Part shown: piece by piece, positions 20,435-28,837 of the stretch | Layout: every line of letters begins with the position of its first letter | Numbering within the stretch: the stretch's first letter is position 1 | Assembly: GCA_965222225.1 (NCBI GenBank) | Contig: CBDCTK010000002.1 | Coordinates: forward strand, 1,920,001 to 1,984,000 | DNA: 64,000 bases | Reading direction: 5' to 3' | From: Candidatus Poribacteria bacterium | GTDB lineage: Bacteria; Poribacteria; WGA-4E; JAJDTR01 | Notes under the pieces: model-generated | What the model was told of the DNA's origin: nothing | Database searches by the model: none | The model's input: only the letters and a program-made list of their open reading frames with translations | Made by a program: the position numbers and the translations under genes

Positions 20435-20507
20435 GATCAAGCGAGTGGATAGTGAGTAAGATTTTCTATCGCCTTCCCTATTCGGTTAGTTGATCGATAG
20501 AGATCCT
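20435..20507. mobile_element. GA-hairpin mini-element with a second copy inserted in inverted orientation
   Basis: gatcaa-gc-ga-gt-ggata-gt-ga-gt|[revcomp of atcaa-ct-aa-cc-gaata-gg-ga-ag-gcgatag-aaaatctt]|cgatag-agatcct. Confidence 0.8.
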
Positions 20508-20700
20508 CACTCGCCCGTTAATGGTAGGCGGGGCATCTTGCCCCGCCGGATTGTGGCTAGCCCGTAGGTTGGGAACAAGCGACTTTCTTCCGCGTAATCT
20601 GCGATTCAGACAATCACCCATCTTTCCCTCCTTCCAATCTTCCCCTCCTCCCGATTTCTCCCGTTCCCGTTTTCTGCTTTACCGCCCTTCCAACCTTCCA

Positions 20701-23700
20701 TTACTTGATAATCACCATCCGCCGCACCGCCCCATAACCGCCCGCCCGCAACCGATAGAAATAAACCCCGCTCGCAACGTACTCCCCGCTCTCATTCCGC
20801 CCATCCCAATACGCCGCCCTCCCCCGATCTGCATAATACCCCGCCGCCTGATGCCTAAGCGCAATTTCACGCACCGTCGCGCCAGTCCTGTCATAAATCG
20901 TAATCGACACCTCTGCCCCCTGCGAGAGGTGATACGGTATCCACGTCTCCGGATTGAACGGGTTCGGATAGTTTGGCAACAGCATCGTCTCTTTCGGTGT
21001 CAGCGCCGCAAGCAACTGTTCAAGGAATTGTATTCCTCGTTCTAACCTTGCATCGGTAAACTTCAATCCTTGTGCAAGAGCGATCCAGCTTTTGACATCT
21101 GCGGCGGTTAGGGTTGACAGAGCGTGGGGATACGCAGTAGGTGCCGCACCCCCGCCAATAGTCGTGGCAACCGTAACCAGGTCAAGGATATCCACCACGC
21201 CGTCCCCGTTAACATCGGCATCATTCTCTCCGGTTTTCGTAAAGTTCGCGGCAACCTGCACCAAATCCAAGATATTGACGGCACCATCGCTGTTGACATC
21301 CCCCCATACCCGCGGCGGAGTTGGCGGAGTTATCTCGGAGACAACCGTAAAGGTCGTCCTCTCTTCAATTGGGGCAGCCGAAACGGTCACGGTGATTGTC
21401 CCCATGTGTTGCCCCATGGTGAGAACGCTCTGCGCCCGACCATCGGCATCGGTTGTTGTGTTTGTTGGGCTGAGCCTCGCGCCGCCATCGGGAATGCTAA
21501 ACGACACCGGAACGCCTTCAAACACGTCGCCGTGCTCGTCCCGAACTTCAACCACGAATGGAACTTGCAGTGGGATGGATGGCACCCCCCGCTGTCCTTC
21601 GCCCGAGATCGCCCGAAGTGTTGTGGGTATACGGTTAATAAAGGATACCGTTACCCCTCTGTTCTGCAGGAGTGGAATGTGTGAGTTGACGGCCTCTTTA
21701 TTTAGGGGGTTTTTTCGTAAAAACAGCGTATCCCCGTCACCCAATCCCGGGTTGGCTGCCAACGGCGAAATGTCCGAAATCGAGTTCACGGCAAGATGAA
21801 GCGTTGTTAAGTTAGTCAAACCGGTGAGTGCTGAGGTATCCGACACCTTGTTTCCTGCAAGAAAGAGTAGCTCCAAGTTGACCAATGCGGACAGCGGCGA
21901 GATGTCGGAGATGTTGTTGTTGGTGAGACGTAGCGATGTCAGCTTGGTTAAGCCCTTTAAGGGGGACAGATCGGAGATGTAGTTGTTATCGTACAGGTGT
22001 AAAGATTTCAGATCGGTTAATCTCGCTAAAGGGGCGATGTCAGAGATGTTGTTTTTCTCAAGGGATAGCGTTCGAAGTTTGGTTAACCCTGCTATGGGCG
22101 AGAGATCCACGATGTTGTTTTCGTCAAGCGAAAGGCGTTCTAGATTGGTTGCAAACTCAAGCCCGGCCAATGCAAAAATAGAGGCCTCCCTAGCGTAAAA
22201 CTCTGTCAACATCGCTAAATCATCGTGCGTTATTTCGGCTCCTGCCTCCTTACCAAGAGAAATTCGCAGGGCTCTGCGGAGACTCGCATCGGGCACCGTC
22301 TGATTACCGAGGGGTGTCCATGCGGATGTTTTCCATAGCTCAATAGTGGGAGTGAACCCATCCCATGTGGCGGCGGCGAAATGCTTTCCGTCCCGAGAAA
22401 ATGTCAGACTTTCAACCTGTCCCGGAATCCCAAGAGTGGCGATATGTGCGCCTGTTTCCCAATCAAGGAGTTTTATATCCCTCAGACCGACAGCCAAGAT
22501 ATCCCCTGCGGGCGAAAACGCCGTATGGAGCAGAGCATTAGACGGATCGCCGAACGAGGCGGAAAGCTCTGCTGTTTCAACATCCCACAGTTTGACTGAG
22601 AAATCATTTGCACCCGAAGCCAATGTCCTACCGTCGTGCGAAAACGACAACGAACGTATATCTTTGGTATGCCCCTCAAGCGTGGCTACGTTCCTTTCCG
22701 TTTCAATGTTCCACAGCTTGATTGTCGCGTCGCTAGACCCGGAAGCGAGGATGTTCCCGCTAGGGGCAAATGACAGAGACCTGACCTCATCCGCATGCCC
22801 TTCAAGTGTGGCGACGCTGCTTCTTGTCATGACATCCCACAATCTAATCGTCCGATCTCCGGACCCGGACGCTAGTATTTTCCCATCGGGCGAGAACGCC
22901 ACACAGTAGACCGAAAACGAAAAGAAATGCCCGGCAAGCGTATCAATGTGCGTTTTCGTTTCCATGTCCCACAGCATGACCGTGGCGCCCACCGTACCAA
23001 CAGCGAGCATCCTTCCATCGGGTGAAAACGCCAACGAAGTCGGCGCTTCGCGGTACGACGTGGCATGATGAAAAACGTCAAGCATTTTTCTCATCTCCAT
23101 ATCCCATAGTATGATTCTGTTGTCATTAGTCGCAGATGCGAATATTCTGCCATTAGACGAAAACGCCAAAGATTTTACCTGTTTCTCATGCTCGGTGAAT
23201 GTAGCGATGTGGCCTGGTGTAGCTTGGTAGAGACGTACATATCTCGTGGAGACGTTTCCGTGAATATCAACCGCTTCAATCAAAATTGGATGTATATTCG
23301 GATCAGACAAACTTCCAAATCCACTAGACGGAATGACACCATCGTAATCAAACCGTACTACCGCATTCTCTTCTCCTGCGAATTCGCGGCACGAAACAAC
23401 CTCGCGAGATCCCGCGGCATCGTGAGGTTTCTTTGTAGTGACATATAGGAGCGCATGGTGAACGCCGTTGGAATCGTTAATATTAAGTTGCACAGTGACG
23501 CTTTTTGCCCCTTTCGGATATTGGTGCGGGGAAATGAGTTCTATGGTCGGGTACAATCTCCGATTAGCTTTCACTAATTCGACGATGTTATCAGCATTTC
23601 TGAGTTGCCGTATCTCATGGTCGTACATTACATCGTCCACCGGGACATTGGGATCAAAATAGGAGTGCACCCCGAGGAAGTTGGCGCTGCACGCGGATAG

Positions 23701-24381
23701 TTCATCGCGTGCTTCACCATACGACATTATGTATGCATCGTCACGAAAATCGTGCTGCAAACCGAAGGCATGACCAAGTTCATGTGCGGCAACCTCAAAT
23801 TCAAACTCCCCGGGAAGCAGGGCGTATCCGGCGATTTTGTTATGTTTAAGCCCATATCCTTTAACGCCAAACAACGGTCCAATCCTCTCACGGTGATTGT
23901 CTATTACAATCATGTGGATATTAACATTGACATCGAACAGCGCTCCAATCTCGGCAAGCGTAGTGCCCGCCACATCGCTCTTTTGGTAGTAACTATTGCG
24001 ATGTTGCCCATCCACACGATGAACCAGCGGTTCCCCTTGGGCGTCGGTTTCAACCCGGAAGGTTCTGGCACCGTGACCGTGCGCCTGCATCTGTTCTCTA
24101 TAGAAGGCTTGAATCCGTCGAATCTCGTCCTTCATGCGCTGCATCACTTCGGGACGAAAACCTTGGTCATTGGGAAGAAAGTAGACGAGCCTGACGGTGC
24201 GAGGTTCCCCGACATCCGCATTTGCCAGACTTCGGGCATAACGCCGGTTATCATGCTGCAACTCAATCGGCGCGACGTTGCCCCCTTGCGGCGGCACCGA
24301 ACCCGGTGCCAATTCCGGCGCGAAAAAACAAAAAACGGCGGCAACCGAAAACAATACGAAACAGAACAGATGCGATCTCAT
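20701..24381 (-). CDS. Large secreted multidomain protein: zinc metallopeptidase (HELGHAFGLQH) + WD40 + LRR + Ig-like + dockerin + NYPNPFNP CTD
   Basis: Motifs visible in the translation. Start placed at MRSHLF (signal peptide) because the ORF-track extension runs through repeats. Confidence 0.85.
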   Translation of the reverse strand: MRSHLFCFVLFSVAAVFCFFAPELAPGSVPPQGGNVAPIELQHDNRRYARSLANADVGEPRTVRLVYFLPNDQGFRPEVMQRMKDEIRRIQAFYREQMQAHGHGARTFRVETDAQGEPLVHRVDGQHRNSYYQKSDVAGTTLAEIGALFDVNVNIHMIVIDNHRERIGPLFGVKGYGLKHNKIAGYALLPGEFEFEVAAHELGHAFGLQHDFRDDAYIMSYGEARDELSACSANFLGVHSYFDPNVPVDDVMYDHEIRQLRNADNIVELVKANRRLYPTIELISPHQYPKGAKSVTVQLNINDSNGVHHALLYVTTKKPHDAAGSREVVSCREFAGEENAVVRFDYDGVIPSSGFGSLSDPNIHPILIEAVDIHGNVSTRYVRLYQATPGHIATFTEHEKQVKSLAFSSNGRIFASATNDNRIILWDMEMRKMLDVFHHATSYREAPTSLAFSPDGRMLAVGTVGATVMLWDMETKTHIDTLAGHFFSFSVYCVAFSPDGKILASGSGDRTIRLWDVMTRSSVATLEGHADEVRSLSFAPSGNILASGSSDATIKLWNIETERNVATLEGHTKDIRSLSFSHDGRTLASGANDFSVKLWDVETAELSASFGDPSNALLHTAFSPAGDILAVGLRDIKLLDWETGAHIATLGIPGQVESLTFSRDGKHFAAATWDGFTPTIELWKTSAWTPLGNQTVPDASLRRALRISLGKEAGAEITHDDLAMLTEFYAREASIFALAGLEFATNLERLSLDENNIVDLSPIAGLTKLRTLSLEKNNISDIAPLARLTDLKSLHLYDNNYISDLSPLKGLTKLTSLRLTNNNISDISPLSALVNLELLFLAGNKVSDTSALTGLTNLTTLHLAVNSISDISPLAANPGLGDGDTLFLRKNPLNKEAVNSHIPLLQNRGVTVSFINRIPTTLRAISGEGQRGVPSIPLQVPFVVEVRDEHGDVFEGVPVSFSIPDGGARLSPTNTTTDADGRAQSVLTMGQHMGTITVTVSAAPIEERTTFTVVSEITPPTPPRVWGDVNSDGAVNILDLVQVAANFTKTGENDADVNGDGVVDILDLVTVATTIGGGAAPTAYPHALSTLTAADVKSWIALAQGLKFTDARLERGIQFLEQLLAALTPKETMLLPNYPNPFNPETWIPYHLSQGAEVSITIYDRTGATVREIALRHQAAGYYADRGRAAYWDGRNESGEYVASGVYFYRLRAGGYGAVRRMVIIK

Positions 24382-24437
24382 ATTCTTGCTCCATTGACTA
24401 ACTGTAATTGTGAATGCTACGTGACTCTGAAGGGTGC

Positions 24438-24672
24438 GACCAACTGACTGATTAAGGAGGGCGATAGAAAGTCCCGATAGAAATCCCATGAAGCACTGCG
24501 AAAGCCAACTCCTCTGTAGGAGCGACCTCCTGGTCGCGACAAGACCGAGCAATCAAACGGGATCAAACGAGTGGATAGCGAGCGATCAACTGAGTGAATA
24601 ACGAAGGATCAAAGTAGCGGATAGCGACTGCGATAGCTAATCCCATACTAGATCCCGTGCGATAGAAATCCT
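24438..24672 (+). mobile_element. GA-hairpin mini-element clusters (24438-24487, 24551-24672) flanking an intact REP GTAGGAGCGACCTCCTGGTCGCGAC
   Basis: Up to four stacked left parts followed by three right ends. Confidence 0.75.
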
Positions 24673-25033
24673 AGGTTACCTAGCCCGATAGCTAGTAGTA
24701 ATACGTTAGGTTGGATTGAACAACGCGAATCCCAACTGTAGGAGGGAAATCCGATTCCCGACCTTCCGACGTCCCTTGTAGCGTGCGATTAACGATCAAC
24801 CGACTGAAAAACAATCAGGCGACTTTAATCTACGAAATCCCTTGATCTCACTAATCATAGTTCAGACAATCACCCCATCTTCCTGCCTTCCCATCTTCCC
24901 CTATTCCCCACTCGCCATCACACGAGTGGATAACGTCCAAGCGCCTTCAATCCGCGTAATCTGTGATTCAGACAATCACCCATCCTTCCTCATTCCCGAT
25001 TCGCCTCTTTCTTTACTGACCACTAACCACTAG

Positions 25034-26119
25034 TCACTCGCCACTACTTCCCTTCCCCTCCCCCTGACTCATCGCCTCTCCGCGCAACAGAAACGCCCGA
25101 ATATCATACCGACCCGGACGCTCCACCGGCAGCGCCCCCTCATCAATCATGACATCCAGCGGCGAGACCTGCGTCCTCACCGGCATCGCCACCACCTCGT
25201 GCATCCGCGCCGATTCGTAGATTGCCATGATAATCTCGACCGCCGCCATGCCATTCTCGGCTCTCCCCCGGTGTTCCGCCTTCCCTTCAATCCAGTCCAC
25301 CAACTCCCGCGCCTGCGCCACAGAGGGTTCCTCGCCCTCGCGCCTGCGCTCCTCCCATCGCCCCGTCCGACCGCTGAGCAGACGCACCCTAGCCTCATCC
25401 AGATACAAGATGCCGTCGCTGCCGTAGAAGACGCCGCCTTGGCGGCCCTCACCGCCCAACTCCTGGAGCAACTGCCCAATCGCGCCGTTATCGAACCCGA
25501 TAATCCCCGCGCTCCGGTCCTCAATCCGAGTGTCCCGCTCATAGCGGTCCGTCTTCCGCTCGACATTCCCGATCACCCATTCGGCGTTGGGGTCGCCCAT
25601 CACGAAACGCATCATATCGAAGATGTGAGAACAGTCGTTGAGCAATCCCTGCCTCCCCACCGCCGTGACATGCTGCACCTGACCGATAGCGCCGTCGGCG
25701 ATGAGATCGCGCGCCTCGTTCCAGGCAGGATTGAAACGCCGTTGATGACCGATAGCCAACTTCACTCCGTTCCGTTGGGAGGCAATCATCATCTCGTTGC
25801 ACTCCCCCATGCAAGTCGCCATCGGTTTCTCGCAAAGCACCGCCTTCGGTTTGCGGGCACAGATGGCGATGGTGATAGGCGCGTGCAGCTTGTGCCAAGT
25901 GGCGTTGCTGACAATGTCCAGGTCCTCCTCATCCAGCATCTGCCGAAAATCCGTGTATCTGTTCTCGATTCCGTACTGGTCGCCGAAGGCGTCAGCCGCC
26001 GTCTGCACCGGATCTGCCAGAGCCACCATCTCCACGTTGTCAAGTCCTTGGTAGCCGCGCGCATGAAGGTTAGCTATGCTGCCGCAGCCGACAATCCCGA
26101 CACGATATTTCCCTGCCAT
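25034..26119 (-). CDS. Gfo/Idh/MocA-family oxidoreductase
   Basis: GIVGCGSIA, VLCEKPMA and GHQRRF motifs. Confidence 0.9.
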   Translation of the reverse strand: MAGKYRVGIVGCGSIANLHARGYQGLDNVEMVALADPVQTAADAFGDQYGIENRYTDFRQMLDEEDLDIVSNATWHKLHAPITIAICARKPKAVLCEKPMATCMGECNEMMIASQRNGVKLAIGHQRRFNPAWNEARDLIADGAIGQVQHVTAVGRQGLLNDCSHIFDMMRFVMGDPNAEWVIGNVERKTDRYERDTRIEDRSAGIIGFDNGAIGQLLQELGGEGRQGGVFYGSDGILYLDEARVRLLSGRTGRWEERRREGEEPSVAQARELVDWIEGKAEHRGRAENGMAAVEIIMAIYESARMHEVVAMPVRTQVSPLDVMIDEGALPVERPGRYDIRAFLLRGEAMSQGEGKGSSGE

Positions 26120-26239
26120 GATTCCCGTCCTCCGTTAGTTATTCCAACCCTTCGAGTGACTGATTTTGCTCGACTTTGTGCATTTGTAGCATTTGTAGGG
26201 TGCGCAGTGCGCACCAGCCTTTGATGAAAGCGCAGCAGC

Positions 26240-26307
26240 AATCAAGCGACTGGATAAGGATCAAATGAGTGAACAACGAATGCGATAGTTAATCCTTATA
26301 GAGATCC
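26240..26307 (+). mobile_element. GA-hairpin mini-element, nested pair
   Basis: aatcaa-gc-ga-ct-ggata-ag gatcaa-at-ga-gt-gaaca-ac-ga-at-gcgatag-ttaatcct tatag-agatcc. Confidence 0.8.
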
Positions 26308-26834
26308 AACGAATCACAGTTCAGACAATGTCAAATACTGACACCCAACACTTACCTTATTCTCTTAGCGAAAATTCCGCTTATGAACCCGTGCATATAG
26401 CATATATTGTATTATTATAATAAATGCCATACTATATATTGATGTTTATGTGAACGACTAACAGCGATGGTGATTAACACTCGTCAATCGAAAATCTCGC
26501 TCTGCCGGTTTTCCCGTTTGCTAGTCCTCCAATCTTCTGCCCTTCCCCATTAACCACTGGTAACTGCTTCTCTTACATCCTTCCCCACTAGCCACTGGCA
26601 ACTGGTCACTGACCACTGTTTCTCGTATTCCACCCTTCCAATCCCATTTATTGAGACGACTTGTTGCGCCGACCTAACACGCTATATGTCATTGAAAATC
26701 ATGCGCCCAAAATTAGGTTCTGTTGACATTTCATCGTCACCAGATTATTGAGGGAGGCATAAATAGGTGCGTTCATATAATCAAATTGGGTAAAGCGACC
26801 GAGTTTGTGTTAAATGAGGGGGGCAAGAAGAATA

Positions 26835-26864
26835 CTATCGCATTCGCCATTCGCTCATTTGATC
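26835..26864 (-). mobile_element. GA-hairpin mini-element
   Basis: Minus strand gtaggg-gatcaa-at-ga-gc-gaatg-gc-ga-at-gcgatag. Confidence 0.75.
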
Positions 26865-27253
26865 CCCTACGATTGAGGCAGAGTTTGCGCTCAATGAAAC
26901 GCGGCATACGCCGGCAGCCGTAGGCGTTGGGTCTCCCAACCCGTTGGGTGCCTCCCTCGATTTACGCGCCCGCCTAACATAAATGTCAACACAACCTAGC
27001 CCCAATGGTCATGAAAGCAACGTCAATGTGCGATTCGACTTTGCGGTTGGTGGCAACCACCTTTTCATACCAAAATTTCATACCTACCTCTCAACGACCA
27101 CACCGTCAAAACCGCAAAAAATCCAGTCATAGCAAAGGTTTCCACCCTCTTTCCATCTCCCTCCAAAACCCCCATTTGGTATGAAAAGTATGAAATTCCC
27201 CAAGCGTACTAAACGACACCCTTCACGTCCCACGCAGTCCTTTTGTAGGGTGG

Positions 27254-27360
27254 GATCAAAGGAATGAATAATGACTGATCAAACGAGTGGATAACGATCA
27301 AGTGACCGGATAGGGAACGCGATAGCAAATCCCGTGCGATAGAAATCCCATAGAGATCCC
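27254..27360 (+). mobile_element. Triple nested GA-hairpin mini-element
   Basis: Three left parts then three right ends in reverse order; the XX/X'X' pairs match when un-nested. Confidence 0.85.
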
Positions 27361-27426
27361 CTTCCAATCTTCATCGCCACCCTCCCGATTTTCTCGTCCT
27401 CTCCTCTTCCATCCTTCCTCTCCCAT

Positions 27427-28383
27427 TTATCGCGATGACGTGCGATTGTAATTCCCAACTTTCCACGACCCACCCGTCGATTCGTAACGAACCCCCCGCG
27501 GCGGCAGAAACCGCCGAAGATGCCGACACCCGTAGGCGAACCCCTCCAATCCCGGCATACCCCGGTCCTCATTCTCGACGCACAGCACATAGTCGTAGCC
27601 CGACTCGACCAGCGCACCGACCACCGTCCCCCAATTCAAATCCCCGCGCCCCGGCACGCGATACTGCCACCACCAGTTGCCGATAATGCCTTGCCGGTAC
27701 AGCATCCGCGGACTAACCTCGCAGTCCTTCACATCCGCATAATACCACTTGCCCGCATACTCGCGAATCACATCTTCAGCCGGCATAATCATCATCCACA
27801 CCCAGTGCGACGGATCGCAAGACAAGCCCAAGTGATCCGAGGGCACCGCGTCCAAAATCTTCTCCCACATCTCCGGATTGCAACCGATATTCCCCATGCG
27901 CACCGCCACATCAAGGGCAATCTTGATATCCTTATCCTCCGCGGCGTTGACCACCGGCGCGAACATCTCCGCGAAACGCCCCACCAACTCGTCCGAGCGG
28001 TCGCTTACGTTTCCCGGCGGGTACGAGTACGTGCCGTAGAACCGCCCGTTCACCACCGGCGACCCGCTCCCCGTAACCACCACCGGGCACTCCAGCACCG
28101 CCGCCGACTCGATTGCCCGTATCAAACGGCTCTGCTCCGCTGTGCTCACCTCCGCTCTGTCATCCAGCAAGTTGCAGTGCGAGGTGACACAAGCCAAATA
28201 CAGGTCATGCCGGTTCAACGTCTCCAACACCTCATCCGGCCCCTCGCTGAGAATGCGGTTCGACTCCAGCACGCCCCTGTCAGACAGTCGCACGCAATCA
28301 AAGTCGTGCTCACTTGCCCAGGCAGCGCATTTCTCCAAGCTCCATGTGCCGTCGCCGGCACTCGTCTGAAAACTTATATCCAT
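27427..28383 (-). CDS. Sugar-phosphate isomerase/epimerase (xylose isomerase-like TIM barrel)
   Basis: LGLSCDPSH, ADVKD, PGRGDLNW and GYDYVLCVENED motifs; SD GGAGGG before MDISF. Confidence 0.8.
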   Translation of the reverse strand: MDISFQTSAGDGTWSLEKCAAWASEHDFDCVRLSDRGVLESNRILSEGPDEVLETLNRHDLYLACVTSHCNLLDDRAEVSTAEQSRLIRAIESAAVLECPVVVTGSGSPVVNGRFYGTYSYPPGNVSDRSDELVGRFAEMFAPVVNAAEDKDIKIALDVAVRMGNIGCNPEMWEKILDAVPSDHLGLSCDPSHWVWMMIMPAEDVIREYAGKWYYADVKDCEVSPRMLYRQGIIGNWWWQYRVPGRGDLNWGTVVGALVESGYDYVLCVENEDRGMPGLEGFAYGCRHLRRFLPPRGVRYESTGGSWKVGNYNRTSSR

Positions 28384-28451
28384 TTCCCCTCCACTGAGAT
28401 ACGAACAAGGCTCTCCCCGTAGGGGTTGGGTCTCCCAACCCGTTGCGTACC

Positions 28452-28607
28452 AATCAACTGAGATCGAGGGAGTGAATAACGACCGCGATAGCGCTCCCAT
28501 CGTGACCGACAAGCCAACTACTGTAGGAGCGACCTCCCGGTCGCGACCAATAAAGCGAGCGAATAGCGATCAAGCGACTGGTCACTGAGCGATCAAAGAA
28601 CAGATAG
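28452..28607 (+). mobile_element. GA-hairpin mini-element clusters (28452-28500, 28549-28607) among REPs
   Basis: gatcga-gg-ga-gt-gaata-ac-ga-cc-gcgatag-cgctccc and others. Confidence 0.7.
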
Positions 28608-28753
28608 TTCGTAGGGTGGGCACTGCCCACCATTTGACCTACGCCACGATTATCAAATCGCCGCTTTCCTCTTTTACCGCCCACCATTTCAATGCGGCGC
28701 AATCCACATTCGCCAAATCAAAGCGCTAGATAGAGCTGTAGGGTGCGCACCGC

Positions 28754-28826
28754 GATCAAGCGAATGAATAATGAGTGATCAAAGCAATGAATAATGACTG
28801 CGATAGAAAATCCTGATAGAAATCCT
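28754..28826 (+). mobile_element. Nested GA-hairpin pair interrupting REP GTAGGGTGCGCACCGCG(C)ACC
   Basis: ccgcg|atcaa-gc-ga-at-gaata-at-ga-gt g|atcaa-ag-ca-at-gaata-at-ga-ct-gcgatag-aaaatcct|gatag-aaatcct|accagcc. Confidence 0.85.
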
Positions 28827-28837
28827 ACCAGCCTTTT

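Noticed and set aside
24551-24672. CRISPR array or DGR-like interpretation of the GATCAA...GCGATAG clusters
   Set aside because: There is no constant repeat with unique spacers and no cas or RT gene in the window. Variation is paired rather than adenine-specific, and the clusters resolve as nested insertions.
26330-27240. Possible ncRNA or replication origin in the long ORF-free, partly AT-rich interval
   Set aside because: No tRNA, rRNA or riboswitch signature and no DnaA-box cluster was recognisable; only REPs, heptamer runs and a short tttcatacc/ggtatgaaa inverted repeat.
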